Numbered from the stretch's first letter, positions 26,738 through 37,496 are shown. The stretch: DNA of 64,000 nt from Clostridium sp. CAG:609 (GCA_000438075.1 FR903548.1:48570-112569), one strand, 5' to 3'. A program made the numbers and translations. The notes: generated by a model not told the origin, from the sequence alone.

Positions 26738-26783
26738 TTATTTACCGAAGAACTTATTTTTTAAAAAATGAAGGTGATATTAT

Positions 26784-28418
26784 ATGAGTAAAATAAAGAT
26801 TTTTGGTTTGGGTGGACTTTCCGAAAGTGGAAAGAACTCCTATGTAATAGAAGTAGATGATGATATTTATGTTTTTGATGCTGGAATAAAATTTGCCAGT
26901 GGCAATCTTCTAGGAATCGATTACATAATGCCTGATTTTACATATCTAGTAAAAAATAGAAAAAGAATTAAAGGCTTATTTATAACCCATGGACACAGAG
27001 AAAACATGGGGGCAGTGGCAGATCTTTTGAAGGACATACCAGAACTAAAGGTATATGCAACAAAATTCACAAAGTTTGAATTAATGGAAGACGGGGTAAA
27101 TGAACAAAACATCGTTTTGATCAAACCTCACAGAAAAATCAATTTTGGAAACATATCAATTTTTCCAATCGCCGTATCTCATTCATGCCCAGATTCAGTA
27201 ATGTACGTAATAAATACAAAAGATGGAGCAATTTGTTATACTGGTGACTTTATAATAGATCCAACAATGCAAGGAGCTTATGACATGGACTTAGGAAAAA
27301 TTGCATATGTAGGTAAACAAGGTGTATTATGTCTATTATGTGAATCATCATTCGCTGAAAAAAATGGACACACATCTCCAAACCACAGATTAGTTGGTTT
27401 CTTTGAAGATGTCATAAAACATCATGACAAGAGAATTATATTCTCAGTTCTACCAACCCATCTATATACAATCGCCGAAATATTCGATGCCGCAGCAAAT
27501 TCTCATCGTAAGATTGTCCTTATGGGTAAAAGACTTCAAAATGTTGTGAACTTTTCAAACAAAGAAGGATACCTAAAATTTAATCCAGAAATTCTTGGTG
27601 ATTTGTCAAATATCAATGACGAAAATGCAATACTTTTAGTCATGGATGACAGAACAACACCATATGCAAATATGAATAAAATTTTAAATGGATATGACAA
27701 GTTTGTAACATTAAAACCAACTGACACAATAGTATTTGCTGAACCAAGATATGACAGCACTGAAAAAGTATTAGTTAAACTTCAAAATGAATTAGCAAAA
27801 TTCGGTTGTGATATCGAAACCGTAGCAAAAGACAAAGAAATATTACACCATGCATCTCGCGAAGATCTAATGTTAATGATAAAACTTATCAATCCAAAAT
27901 ACTACATGCCAGTAAAGGGTGAATATCGTTACATGGTAAACAATGCAAATCTAGCAAGTAATCTAGGAATTCCAGATTCAAATATTTTATTAAAACAAAA
28001 TGGAGATGTTGTAACATTTGATCAAGGAAAACTTGTGGATAATTTTGCCAGAGTAAAAGTTAATGATGTTTTAATTGATGGAACAAGCAATGATGATATC
28101 GGTGACTTAGTAATCAAGGATAGAGAAATGCTTTCAGAAAATGGAATAGTATTAATCAGTGCAACTGTTGATAAAAATGACAAAGTTTTAATAGTAGGTC
28201 CAGAAGTAACAACTCGTGGATTCATCTATGTCAAAGATTCAGCAGACATGATCAAAGAAATAAAGGTAATCTGCGAATCAATAATAAATAGAAATATAAC
28301 TCCAAAATATATTGATTTCAATCAAATAAAAATAGAAATTCGTGAAGAATTAAGTAAATATCTATATGAACAAACCGAGTGTAAACCAATGATCATCGCT
28401 GTTGTTCAAGAAGTATAA
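26784..28418 (+). CDS. rnj: Ribonuclease J family protein, J2-like paralog with degenerate metal-binding motifs
   Basis: It is collinear with Bacillus RNase J1 as I recall it (GLGGL..GKN, GIDY..PD..YL, KGLFITHGH..., YTGDF, PVxGEYR, ISRGF-type C-domain). However, HGHEDH is HGHREN here, HTSGH is HHAS, and HGEYR is KGEYR. Confidence 0.85.
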   Translation: MSKIKIFGLGGLSESGKNSYVIEVDDDIYVFDAGIKFASGNLLGIDYIMPDFTYLVKNRKRIKGLFITHGHRENMGAVADLLKDIPELKVYATKFTKFELMEDGVNEQNIVLIKPHRKINFGNISIFPIAVSHSCPDSVMYVINTKDGAICYTGDFIIDPTMQGAYDMDLGKIAYVGKQGVLCLLCESSFAEKNGHTSPNHRLVGFFEDVIKHHDKRIIFSVLPTHLYTIAEIFDAAANSHRKIVLMGKRLQNVVNFSNKEGYLKFNPEILGDLSNINDENAILLVMDDRTTPYANMNKILNGYDKFVTLKPTDTIVFAEPRYDSTEKVLVKLQNELAKFGCDIETVAKDKEILHHASREDLMLMIKLINPKYYMPVKGEYRYMVNNANLASNLGIPDSNILLKQNGDVVTFDQGKLVDNFARVKVNDVLIDGTSNDDIGDLVIKDREMLSENGIVLISATVDKNDKVLIVGPEVTTRGFIYVKDSADMIKEIKVICESIINRNITPKYIDFNQIKIEIREELSKYLYEQTECKPMIIAVVQEV

Positions 28419-28459
28419 TTTTAAAAAAATCACTCATACTATAAATGGGTGATTTTTAA

Positions 28460-28876
28460 ATGGATGATATAAAAGCATTATACGAAATGTATAAAATAGT
28501 AACAATGGGTATTATTGGTATTGATGAGGTAAAGGGCCACATCGAAGATAAAACATTAACAAAAACAATGTCTGATGCTAGAAAAAAATATATGGTAAAC
28601 AAAATGGACATAACAAATATGCTAAAAGATATAAACGAAGAACCTGAAGAGATAAACATAATAATAAAGATGTTTAATGAAATTTATACAGGAATCGAAC
28701 TTATCAAATGTGATGATGCAAAAATAGCAAAAATGCTAACTGAAGGAACCAACAAAGGTATCATCAAAGTTGAAGAAATTCTAAATTCAAATGTAAATGA
28801 AAAAGTTAAAACTGAAGCAGAAGAACTTCTTGACTTACTTGAGTTTCAAATCAAATCATGGAAATCGTACTTATAA
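28460..28876 (+). CDS. Hypothetical helical protein
   Basis: 138 aa, predicted all-helical and charged. No motif was recognised. Confidence 0.45.
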   Translation: MDDIKALYEMYKIVTMGIIGIDEVKGHIEDKTLTKTMSDARKKYMVNKMDITNMLKDINEEPEEINIIIKMFNEIYTGIELIKCDDAKIAKMLTEGTNKGIIKVEEILNSNVNEKVKTEAEELLDLLEFQIKSWKSYL

Positions 28877-28902
28877 GAAAAAAAGCCGCAAGGCTTTTTT
28901 CT
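28877..28902. terminator. Bidirectional terminator between convergent genes
   Basis: AAAAAAGCC-gcaa-GGCTTTTTT is an A/T-flanked symmetric hairpin between the 28876 and 28904 gene ends. Confidence 0.55.
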
Positions 28903-28903
28903 T

Positions 28904-29995
28904 TTAAACATCATTTACATTTTTTCTAATTCTTTCAAGTTTACTCGGTAACGCTCCAACCATAATATCATCATTTATGTCGTTAACAACATCTTGTTCC
29001 AACAATTGATAATAAACATAATTAGTATTAATAATTCTTCTTTTAATATTTCCAAGTATTCCATTATATGAACTACTAAATTGTATAGAACCATAAGTCA
29101 CTTCAAAGAAGTAAGTATTACCATCCATTACATTAGTAATAGTATCAATCTTAACATTATTTAATACTCTCATCATCAAAAGTATATCGCTAACATCAAG
29201 ATTCTTATTAATAACATCAATCATTAAATTAAATACAACTGGATTTTCCATATCACCAAGTATCTTTGCAATCTCTAAATAATATCTATAATCTTTTCTC
29301 AAGCTTATCAAACTAAGTTTTTCTGTCAAATATTTTCTAACTTGATAACCATTATTCTTACAATTACTTATAACACTTGCAGCTTCAACAGTAATTTCTT
29401 CATCATCAATATTAAATTCTTCAAAAAACTTAATTAAATTCGGATACCCAAAAAAATTCCTATTCCTTGCAATGATGCAAGCTTCTCTAAGTCTATCTTG
29501 AATATTTTTACCCTTATTACTTACCTCAGTACTCTTAAAATACTTTGTTAAATAATATGAACTATTCAAATCAACTGCATTATTAATTAAAAAGTTCGCA
29601 TATGTATAATTAGTTCTTTCGTTAATTAAATTTATATCACTTAAAATATCAAAAATATTTTCATACATAAAAACTTTATCATCAGGAATATCCATAAAAT
29701 ATTTAATATAATCAGATATCAAAACCTCACAAGTTAAACCCTTGCTAGCCAAGAAGTCTAAAATATAATCTCTTTTTTTATCTTTAGTATTCATTAACTC
29801 CATCAAAGCTTCACAAGCACATCCATCATCAAGATTATTTTTAAGTACTAGAACACCATTTTTAAAATTACTATCTAAACTAATTAACATTTCAAGTAAT
29901 CTTTCATTTCTTTTTAATAAATCGCTTACTAAATCTTCATCCAGTCTATTATTTTCAATCATTTTAATTAATTTAATAACCAAATCTTTTTTCAT
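28904..29995 (-). CDS. Hypothetical cytoplasmic protein
   Basis: 363-aa ORF with SD-like AAGGAGG upstream on the minus strand. No motif was recognised. Confidence 0.5.
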   Translation of the reverse strand: MKKDLVIKLIKMIENNRLDEDLVSDLLKRNERLLEMLISLDSNFKNGVLVLKNNLDDGCACEALMELMNTKDKKRDYILDFLASKGLTCEVLISDYIKYFMDIPDDKVFMYENIFDILSDINLINERTNYTYANFLINNAVDLNSSYYLTKYFKSTEVSNKGKNIQDRLREACIIARNRNFFGYPNLIKFFEEFNIDDEEITVEAASVISNCKNNGYQVRKYLTEKLSLISLRKDYRYYLEIAKILGDMENPVVFNLMIDVINKNLDVSDILLMMRVLNNVKIDTITNVMDGNTYFFEVTYGSIQFSSSYNGILGNIKRRIINTNYVYYQLLEQDVVNDINDDIMVGALPSKLERIRKNVNDV

Positions 29996-30111
29996 TCTTA
30001 ACCTCCTTAAAAAATATTATATATTAACAACTCACTAAAGTCAACAAAATTAACCAAAATAATATTTAAATTTAAATAATGTTATGGTATACTTAGGTAG
30101 AGGTGATGACA

Positions 30112-30798
30112 ATGCAAATAATATGTAAATATTTCTTGTATTTTATGATATATTCTTTCCTAGGATGGTTCATGGAAGTTTGTGTATCTTTATGGAATAA
30201 ACATAAATTTATAAACCGTGGATTTCTAATAGGTCCATATTGTCCAATCTATGGCTGGGGTTGCCTTGCAATAATCATAATCGTAGGTCAAAATACAAGT
30301 GACATTCTAAGTGTATTTCTAAAATCAATTCTAATTTGTTCATTACTAGAATATTTCACAAGTTATTTCATGGAAAAAATATATAATGTAAGATGGTGGG
30401 ACTACTCAAACAAAAAATTCAACATCAACGGAAGAATTTGTCTTGAAACAATGATACCATTCGGACTTCTAGCATCTTTAATTATATATGTATTACATCC
30501 CGCAGTAATAAAACTAGTAAATTTATTATCGCCAGAATCTGTAGTAATAATTGCAAGTATTCTATTTGTCATTTATATCATAGATAATATCGTATCAACA
30601 TACATATTATTCAAAATAAAAGGTAAAATAAAAAGTGAAAGAAAAGATAACACTGAAAAAATTAAACAATACATTGAAAAATGGTTCCAAGATAACACAG
30701 TGTTATACCGTCGTATAAAAAATGCCTTTCCAAAATTCCAAGTATTTATAAAAGAATTAGAAAAATATAAAATTGTAAAGGACAAAGAAGAAAAATAA
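30112..30798 (+). CDS. Polytopic membrane protein of the 'putative ABC-transporter type IV' (CmpB-like) family
   Basis: N-terminal FLYFMIYSFLGWFMEVCVS and RWWDYS blocks are typical of that family. The start is ATG 30112 behind SD AGAGGTGA. Confidence 0.55.
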   Translation: MQIICKYFLYFMIYSFLGWFMEVCVSLWNKHKFINRGFLIGPYCPIYGWGCLAIIIIVGQNTSDILSVFLKSILICSLLEYFTSYFMEKIYNVRWWDYSNKKFNINGRICLETMIPFGLLASLIIYVLHPAVIKLVNLLSPESVVIIASILFVIYIIDNIVSTYILFKIKGKIKSERKDNTEKIKQYIEKWFQDNTVLYRRIKNAFPKFQVFIKELEKYKIVKDKEEK

Positions 30799-30812
30799 AT
30801 CGGGGTAAAATT

Positions 30813-31148
30813 ATGAAAGAAAACAAATACTTAACAGAACAAAATATTAAAATAATCTACACAAGATTAAAAACAGAAACAAACACTACTTTACTACCAA
30901 TACTAGGTAGAAATTTAGAATTTGGTCTCGGTGAAATATGTCTTTTTGAAAAAGATAATCTATTTGTATTTTACATCATGAACAAAACAAACAAAGAATG
31001 CATCAAGCTTTTTGATAATATTAATGATGCTATTAACTTTTTAGTAAATGTTTATGATTATTACAAATTCACTGATAACCTCGACGAGATGAAAAATATA
31101 TTTTATGAAGTATTAAATTTAGATAAAGAGTTAACAAAAACAAGATAG
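30813..31148 (+). CDS. Hypothetical small protein
   Basis: 111-aa ORF. No motif was recognised. Confidence 0.4.
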   Translation: MKENKYLTEQNIKIIYTRLKTETNTTLLPILGRNLEFGLGEICLFEKDNLFVFYIMNKTNKECIKLFDNINDAINFLVNVYDYYKFTDNLDEMKNIFYEVLNLDKELTKTR

Positions 31149-31238
31149 GTAAAGAAAATTCTTTACTTATTTTTAAATTTAAAGTATATTGTTATTAATC
31201 TCAAAATGTGTTAAGATAAACAGATGGAGGAAAAAACT

Positions 31239-34200
31239 ATGTCCACTAATTTAAATGATTTAATATCAAATACCAATGTAAGACAATTTATTTTTACAAC
31301 AGACCTTATCAAAGGTACAAATTATGATAAAGAAAAAGTAGACTTCGAAGGAAAAAAAATCTTAGAAAAAGATTCAAAAACAATAACATGTTACCATTTC
31401 GAAGTTGATTCCGAATCAAAACCAACATACTATGATGTTTATATCTATATTAAAAGTAACAATGAAATCGCCAAAACCCTATGTGATTGCAAACAATATC
31501 GCAGCACCAATAGTTGTAAACACATCGCAGCATCATTAATTAAATACTATGATGAAATGTTTGAGTCTATAGAAAATTTAAAAACCAATATTTCCAACGA
31601 CATTTTAAAACAATTTGTGCCTCAAGAACAAAACACAATCAAAAAAGAGTTAAAACTAACATTATCTTTAGAGTTCAAAGAAAAAGATAACTACTTTTAT
31701 TACAACAGCACTTACATAGACCAATCTATAAAACTAACCATAGGTTTAGATAAAGAATACACATTAAAACCCCATGTCTCTTTATTCAAAGAAGCCTATG
31801 AAAATGGTTATGGTGAAGTATACTTTGGTAAAAACTTTACATACGATGCATCAAAACATTTTTTCAACGAAAATGACAAAAAAATAATTGATGCATATCT
31901 AAGATACTATGATTATGATGAATATATAATGAGAAATCATACTAAAGAATTTTTAAAAGAAATCAAAGACACAACATTCATTGTTAATAACTACAAAATA
32001 AATGGTATCAAAGACGAATTTCCATTAGAAACAAATCTTACAAAACACGATTCAATCTATGAACTTGAATTTGATTTAAATAACCTAGAATTTACTTCTA
32101 AAGATGACTATGAATACATCATCTACAAAGGAAAAATGTATCACTTAACCAAAAAAGAACAAGAATTATTATCAAGTCTTATTAAAAATAAACTAGAAAC
32201 AATTACAATAACAAAAGACATGGTTGACACATTTACAAAAGGATTATTATCAGTAGTTAGAAAAAACATTAACATAGACCAATCTGTAGATGATATTACA
32301 CTACCAACAGATATAAAAACAAGGCTATATTTTGATCTTCGTTACAACTACATTATTGCAAGTGTATTATTCATCTATGGAAACGAAGAAATAGATTACT
32401 TTAGCAAAAATGATAAAATCTTGCGTGATATCGACTACGAAGTAAAAGTAGTAAATGACTTATTAACATATGGCTTTGAAATCGAAGATAACAAAATAAT
32501 TTTAAATGACTTAGATAAAGAAGTAGAGTTTTTAGAAAAAGGTTTAGAAACTTTAGCAACAAAATATGAAATTTTCACAACAGAAAAATTCAAAGGTATA
32601 GAAATAAAGAAAAAAACAACAATTACATCAATGTTTGGAATAGGTAAAGATAATATATTAAGTTATAACTTCAATCTTGGTAACATTGATTCAAGTGAAC
32701 TAGTTAGTATTTTTGATAACATCAAATCAAAAAAGAAATACTATCGCTTAAAAAACGGAGATATCTTAAATCTTGAAGATGAATCATTAAAAGAACTAAA
32801 TGATTTAGCAACTGAACTAGAACTTACTGATGAAGAAATAATCCAAGGAAAAGGTAACATCCAAAAATATCGTGCATTATACCTAGATAGTTTAAAATCA
32901 AATAAATACAACATAATTAAAACAGATAATTTATTTGATAACTTCATAGATAATTTTTACAAATATAAGGATTGTGAATTAACTCTATCAAGTGATGAAT
33001 TAAAAATATTAAGAAATTACCAAATAACCGGAGTTAAATGGTTATACAATTTATCTAAAACTGGCTTCGGAGGTATTCTTGCAGATGAAATGGGTCTAGG
33101 TAAAACAATTCAAGTAATTTATTATCTAAAACAAATGCTAAAAGATAACCCAAATCACACATGTTTAATTGTGGTACCAACATCTCTAGCATATAACTGG
33201 GATCATGAATTTTCTTTGTATGGTAAATATATAAAAAGAGAAATTGTCGTTGGTCCAAAAGAACATCGTCGAAAAATATTAAAAAACATTAAAAAATATA
33301 ATGTTTTAGTTACAACATATGGCTTACTTCGCGAAGATGAAGAATTCTACAAAGATATAATATTTGATACCATGATAATTGATGAAGCTCAAAATATCAA
33401 AAACAATATGGCAGGTATCACAAAAGTGGTTAAAAAAATAAATGCCACAACAAAATTTGCTCTAACCGGTACACCTTTAGAAAATTCTATCCTTGAGTTA
33501 TGGAGTATATTTGACTTTATCATGCCAGGTTTTTTATCAAGTCTTACAAAGTTTCAAACAAAATATAAAATTAAAGACTTTGATGAACAAAGCGAAGAAT
33601 TACTGGCAAATCTTTCTAAACAAATAAATCCATTTATTCTAAGAAGAAAGAAAAAAGATGTTTACGAAGAGCTTCCGGATAAATTAATTAATGATATATA
33701 TATTGATTTACTTGATGAACAAAAGAAACTATATGTCGCTGAACTTGAAAAAGTAAAAGATGAAATGGAAAACATAATTCATGATGATGGAATAAGTAAA
33801 GCAAGATTCTTAATTCTTCAATTACTTACAAAACTTCGTCAAATATGTATTGAACCAAGTATTGTGTATGATGATTATAATAGTGGTTCAAATAAAATAG
33901 ATACATTACTAAATATAACAAATGAATATATCAACAATGGTCACAAAATATTAATATTTTCATCATTTAAAACAGCACTAAACATAGTCCGTGATAAATT
34001 ATCAAAAGCCAAAATAAAAAACTATATGTTAGATGGAAGTGTTCCATCTAAAAACAGAATTGAAATGGTTGATAACTTTAATGCTAATGATGATGTCAAA
34101 GTATTTTTAATAATGTTAAAATCAGGAGGAACAGGTCTTAACTTAACTAGTGCAGATGTAGTAATTCACCTAGATTTATGGTGGAATCCTCAAGCAGAAA

Positions 34201-34424
34201 ATCAAGCAACAGATCGAGCTCACAGAATTGGTCAAAAAAATACCGTCGAAGTAATTCACTTAATAACAAAAGGTACCATCGAAGAAAAAATACTTGAACT
34301 TCAAAACAAAAAAAGAGTTCTAAGTGATAAACTAATTGATGGTGAAAAAAGAGATCAAAATATTCTAGCAAATCTAACTGAATCAGATATTAAACATTTA
34401 TTATCTTATGAGAATAATGATTAA
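31239..34424 (+). CDS. SNF2-family helicase/ATPase with N-terminal SWIM zinc finger (YwqA/RapA-like)
   Basis: SWIM CxC..CxH (CDCKQYRSTNSCKHIAA). SNF2 motifs LADEMGLGKT, DEAQNIKN, LTGTPLEN. C-terminal helicase motifs SGGTGLNLT..AD and QATDRAHRIGQ. The start is ATG 31239 behind GGAGGA. Confidence 0.9.
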   Translation: MSTNLNDLISNTNVRQFIFTTDLIKGTNYDKEKVDFEGKKILEKDSKTITCYHFEVDSESKPTYYDVYIYIKSNNEIAKTLCDCKQYRSTNSCKHIAASLIKYYDEMFESIENLKTNISNDILKQFVPQEQNTIKKELKLTLSLEFKEKDNYFYYNSTYIDQSIKLTIGLDKEYTLKPHVSLFKEAYENGYGEVYFGKNFTYDASKHFFNENDKKIIDAYLRYYDYDEYIMRNHTKEFLKEIKDTTFIVNNYKINGIKDEFPLETNLTKHDSIYELEFDLNNLEFTSKDDYEYIIYKGKMYHLTKKEQELLSSLIKNKLETITITKDMVDTFTKGLLSVVRKNINIDQSVDDITLPTDIKTRLYFDLRYNYIIASVLFIYGNEEIDYFSKNDKILRDIDYEVKVVNDLLTYGFEIEDNKIILNDLDKEVEFLEKGLETLATKYEIFTTEKFKGIEIKKKTTITSMFGIGKDNILSYNFNLGNIDSSELVSIFDNIKSKKKYYRLKNGDILNLEDESLKELNDLATELELTDEEIIQGKGNIQKYRALYLDSLKSNKYNIIKTDNLFDNFIDNFYKYKDCELTLSSDELKILRNYQITGVKWLYNLSKTGFGGILADEMGLGKTIQVIYYLKQMLKDNPNHTCLIVVPTSLAYNWDHEFSLYGKYIKREIVVGPKEHRRKILKNIKKYNVLVTTYGLLREDEEFYKDIIFDTMIIDEAQNIKNNMAGITKVVKKINATTKFALTGTPLENSILELWSIFDFIMPGFLSSLTKFQTKYKIKDFDEQSEELLANLSKQINPFILRRKKKDVYEELPDKLINDIYIDLLDEQKKLYVAELEKVKDEMENIIHDDGISKARFLILQLLTKLRQICIEPSIVYDDYNSGSNKIDTLLNITNEYINNGHKILIFSSFKTALNIVRDKLSKAKIKNYMLDGSVPSKNRIEMVDNFNANDDVKVFLIMLKSGGTGLNLTSADVVIHLDLWWNPQAENQATDRAHRIGQKNTVEVIHLITKGTIEEKILELQNKKRVLSDKLIDGEKRDQNILANLTESDIKHLLSYENND

Positions 34425-34476
34425 AAATTATTTTTTAAAACAAAAATACATGTTATAATACTACCATAAGAAATGA

Positions 34477-34683
34477 GATATTAATGAACAAAGAACAATT
34501 ATAGATGTCGAAGAACACTTGCAAGCTGCAAGAAGACTATATAATTCTAATGTTGCAATATATAATGAATTAATAAGTAAGATACCATCAAATATTGTTG
34601 CTAATAATTTAAAAATGGCTAAAAAAGAATTCTTCGAAGCAAACCCAAATGAAAAAGAAATGCTAGTTAAGTTCTCTAACTAA
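34477..34683 (+). pseudogene. LemA-family gene remnant (C-terminal ~65 codons only)
   Basis: The translation ...EQRTIIDVEEHLQAARRLYNSNVAIYNELISKIPSNIVANNLKMAKKEFFEA... matches the conserved LemA C-terminus. There is no N-terminal TM part and no start or SD. An in-frame stop lies at 34474. The 3' end overlaps the convergent 34663 gene. Confidence 0.6.
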
Positions 34684-36114
34684 ATGCATTTCTTTTTCTG
34701 TTGGTATTAATTCTTCCAGTAACTTATATTGAAGTGCTAAATCTAAAGCCAATCTAACAAGTACTTCTTTTTCTTTTGTATAATTACTACATACAATCTT
34801 TTCTTCACCATTTGGTAAAACAAAAGTCTTTTTATTATGTTCATCAGTTTTAATATTTTTTACTTGATCTGGGTGTATTTGATAAATTCTATTATGTAAT
34901 CTAGGTGAACCAACAAACAAAGTAATATTATTAATTGGATCAACTACAAGTTGTGTACCTGCAAAACCTGGTGACATAAAACTTCTCCCAGAAAGCGGTG
35001 GATACACAGATAAATTATTAACATCTGGTTGTTTTAAATAAACTAGTGAACCATAAAATTTAGTATATTTATCTAAATCTTTAAAACCAGTTTCAGTATC
35101 AGACATAGAAAACACACTTTCTTTCTTTAATAAATTTCCATTACACAAATTATTAGCAAACTTTATCATATCATCTTTTGTTGAAAAATAACCTGCATGC
35201 CCCGGAGCAATTCCTTGAAGTTCACCGATAGCTATAGCTTTTTTATCATGTGGCGTCCCTGGATAATTATCATATCTAGTAATACCAAAACCTTCTTTAG
35301 TTACAATAGTTGAAAAATTTTCATTAGCTATTTTATGTTTATTATAATTTGGTTCCCTTAATGCAGTATCCTTCATATCAACCATTTTAAGTATAGCTGT
35401 ATTAATAAAACTAGTAAATTGCATTCTTGTAACTCTTTCAACTACAATTCTTAATGCCATTGCACCCATATCTGTATATGAATTTTCATTTAATTCTTTT
35501 TCAACCGGATGCAAAGTATATAATATATTTAATGCATCATCGCTTGTTTTTGCACTATCAACTCTTTTATCAGTTACAACTTTTACTCTAAACTTAAGTA
35601 AATCATAAATTGTAGTATCACCAAGTTTTCTAAACTCTGGAACATATTTTTTAACGGGATCAAATACATCAATCAAACCAACTTCTTCAAGTTTTAATAC
35701 TGCAACTGCAGTAAATACTTTTGATGTTGATGCTAAATCAAATATTGTATCCATTTCCATAGGTATCTTTTTACTAACTAAATAACCATTTTCAAAATCA
35801 ACTTCGCATCTATTACCACATATTACAGTATCTCTAGTTTTAAATGTCCCAAAATCAAGTATTATCCCCGGAGTAATTTTAGTTTCATTTACAAATAAAT
35901 CTATTATTTCTTTTAAACCACTTCTTAAAAACAACTTAAGTCTAATACTTGTTAAACTTTGATTTTTATTTTCCCTGATTATATCTAAAACAGGTCTAAG
36001 TAATATATCATAATCTTTATAACTATATATATCTTGCAAACAACTTATACTAGTATTATTTTGATTTTCAACCATCTTATCAATGAATTTTTTATATATA
36101 AAATATTCTTTCAT
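34663..36114 (-). CDS. Beta-lactamase-fold serine hydrolase (class C / PBP4*-like family)
   Basis: SxxK nucleophile motif (ASTSKVFTAVAVL) within a 483-aa soluble protein. Confidence 0.65.
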   Translation of the reverse strand: MKEYFIYKKFIDKMVENQNNTSISCLQDIYSYKDYDILLRPVLDIIRENKNQSLTSIRLKLFLRSGLKEIIDLFVNETKITPGIILDFGTFKTRDTVICGNRCEVDFENGYLVSKKIPMEMDTIFDLASTSKVFTAVAVLKLEEVGLIDVFDPVKKYVPEFRKLGDTTIYDLLKFRVKVVTDKRVDSAKTSDDALNILYTLHPVEKELNENSYTDMGAMALRIVVERVTRMQFTSFINTAILKMVDMKDTALREPNYNKHKIANENFSTIVTKEGFGITRYDNYPGTPHDKKAIAIGELQGIAPGHAGYFSTKDDMIKFANNLCNGNLLKKESVFSMSDTETGFKDLDKYTKFYGSLVYLKQPDVNNLSVYPPLSGRSFMSPGFAGTQLVVDPINNITLFVGSPRLHNRIYQIHPDQVKNIKTDEHNKKTFVLPNGEEKIVCSNYTKEKEVLVRLALDLALQYKLLEELIPTEKEMHLVRELN

Positions 36115-36221
36115 AACACATTTCTCCTAAAAACAAGACTTATTATAATAATTATATGTGCAAAAGTCAAATTTTTAATGCATTATTTGTCGAAGTGTGG
36201 TAAAATGAAGGAGGTGAAAAT

Positions 36222-37406
36222 ATGAAAAGGAAAAATAAGAAAGAAGTAGTAAAGACAACGAAGTTTAGTGACATAATTTCAACCTACAGGGCTGAAAGAA
36301 AGCTTACCCAAAAAGCTCTCGGAGACATAATCGGAGTATCAGATAGAACCATTTCCAAGTGGGAAAACGGAGATACTGAACCAGATTTATATCATGTCAA
36401 GAAAATTTGCAAAACTCTGAATATACCTCCATCAAATTTATTCGTTTATAAAAAGACTTTAAATGATAGATTACATAAAATAGGTAACATTCTATCAATA
36501 ATTATAAAATTTATATTAAAACATGCATTAAAATTTATAATCGCAGTGGCTTTTTTGTATTTATTATTATTTTACATAAACAATTATAATTCAATTCAAA
36601 TATATTCATTAAAATATCATAGTGACAATATATATTTTAATCATGGATATTTTTATAAAACTAAAGTATATGATATTCTAACTATAGAAAACATAAAGGT
36701 AAACAAATTAGACTATACTCCGATATCTTATTATGTTGAATTATACACTTCAACTAACGGAGATAAAAAAGTTATTTATAAAGCTGATTCTTTAGAAAAT
36801 ATTTATATTGAAGAAACATTATCAGAACATGACTTACTAAATAAAGATACACTAAAAGGAATATCAAAGGGGCTTCATTTAAAAGTTACAACAACAGATG
36901 AAGACGGAAACACTCATGATTATGATTGTTCAATATCCCTAAAAGAAAAATATAGCAATAACAAAATAATTGAAAAACAATATATAAATAATTCAGAAAC
37001 AAGAATCATTTATCCAGTATTTTATAACAATGAAGTTGAAACAAAAACAGCAATACCTACATTTGATGAATCAAATACTTTAGAAAAATTAGGTTACACA
37101 TACAATAAGAATAAAGATTCATATACAAAAATAGATAATGAAGGTGGTAAGATTGAATATATGCCACCAGTTAAAACATTATATTATTATTACAATGACA
37201 ATAATATGAGCTATCAAATTGATGTTAATATGAAAAGTAGTAAAATATTTTATAGAATTTTTGATAGAAACAAAAAATTGATAGAGGAAAAATTATATAC
37301 TATCAATAAAAATAAAATAATTTTAAAAGAAAATCAAAAGAATGATAATATCGAAAAAATCCAGTATTTACTGGACATTTACAATAATATAACTAAATCT
37401 CTCTAA
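36222..37406 (+). CDS. Membrane-anchored XRE-family HTH protein
   Basis: HTH_3 (RKLTQKALGDIIGVSDRTISKWENGDTEPDL), then a TM (FIIAVAFLYLLLFYI), then a ~270-aa extracytoplasmic domain. Confidence 0.7.
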   Translation: MKRKNKKEVVKTTKFSDIISTYRAERKLTQKALGDIIGVSDRTISKWENGDTEPDLYHVKKICKTLNIPPSNLFVYKKTLNDRLHKIGNILSIIIKFILKHALKFIIAVAFLYLLLFYINNYNSIQIYSLKYHSDNIYFNHGYFYKTKVYDILTIENIKVNKLDYTPISYYVELYTSTNGDKKVIYKADSLENIYIEETLSEHDLLNKDTLKGISKGLHLKVTTTDEDGNTHDYDCSISLKEKYSNNKIIEKQYINNSETRIIYPVFYNNEVETKTAIPTFDESNTLEKLGYTYNKNKDSYTKIDNEGGKIEYMPPVKTLYYYYNDNNMSYQIDVNMKSSKIFYRIFDRNKKLIEEKLYTINKNKIILKENQKNDNIEKIQYLLDIYNNITKSL

Positions 37407-37496
37407 CGTGAGAGCTCGAACTCCCGCAAGATTCTGTTTCAAACTTCGACAATATGTGCTAAGATGAAAGTGGATTTGAAAGGAGGTGAAATAATA

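Noticed and set aside
31239-34424. I considered the SWIM-SNF2 helicase as part of a phage-defence system.
   Set aside because: No methyltransferase, nuclease, PLD or other defence partner genes are adjacent. The domain architecture matches the widespread housekeeping YwqA/RapA-like family of Firmicutes.
37407-37440. A GC-rich island (CGTGAGAGCTCGAACTCCCGCAAG) has a minus strand containing GGGAGTTCGAGCTC. This is reminiscent of a tRNA T-arm or an att-site fragment.
   Set aside because: I could not fold flanking sequence into acceptor, D or anticodon arms. The stem is only 4 bp with a 6-nt loop, and no integrase or other mobile-element gene is nearby. At most it is a tiny relic, so it is not called as a tRNA.
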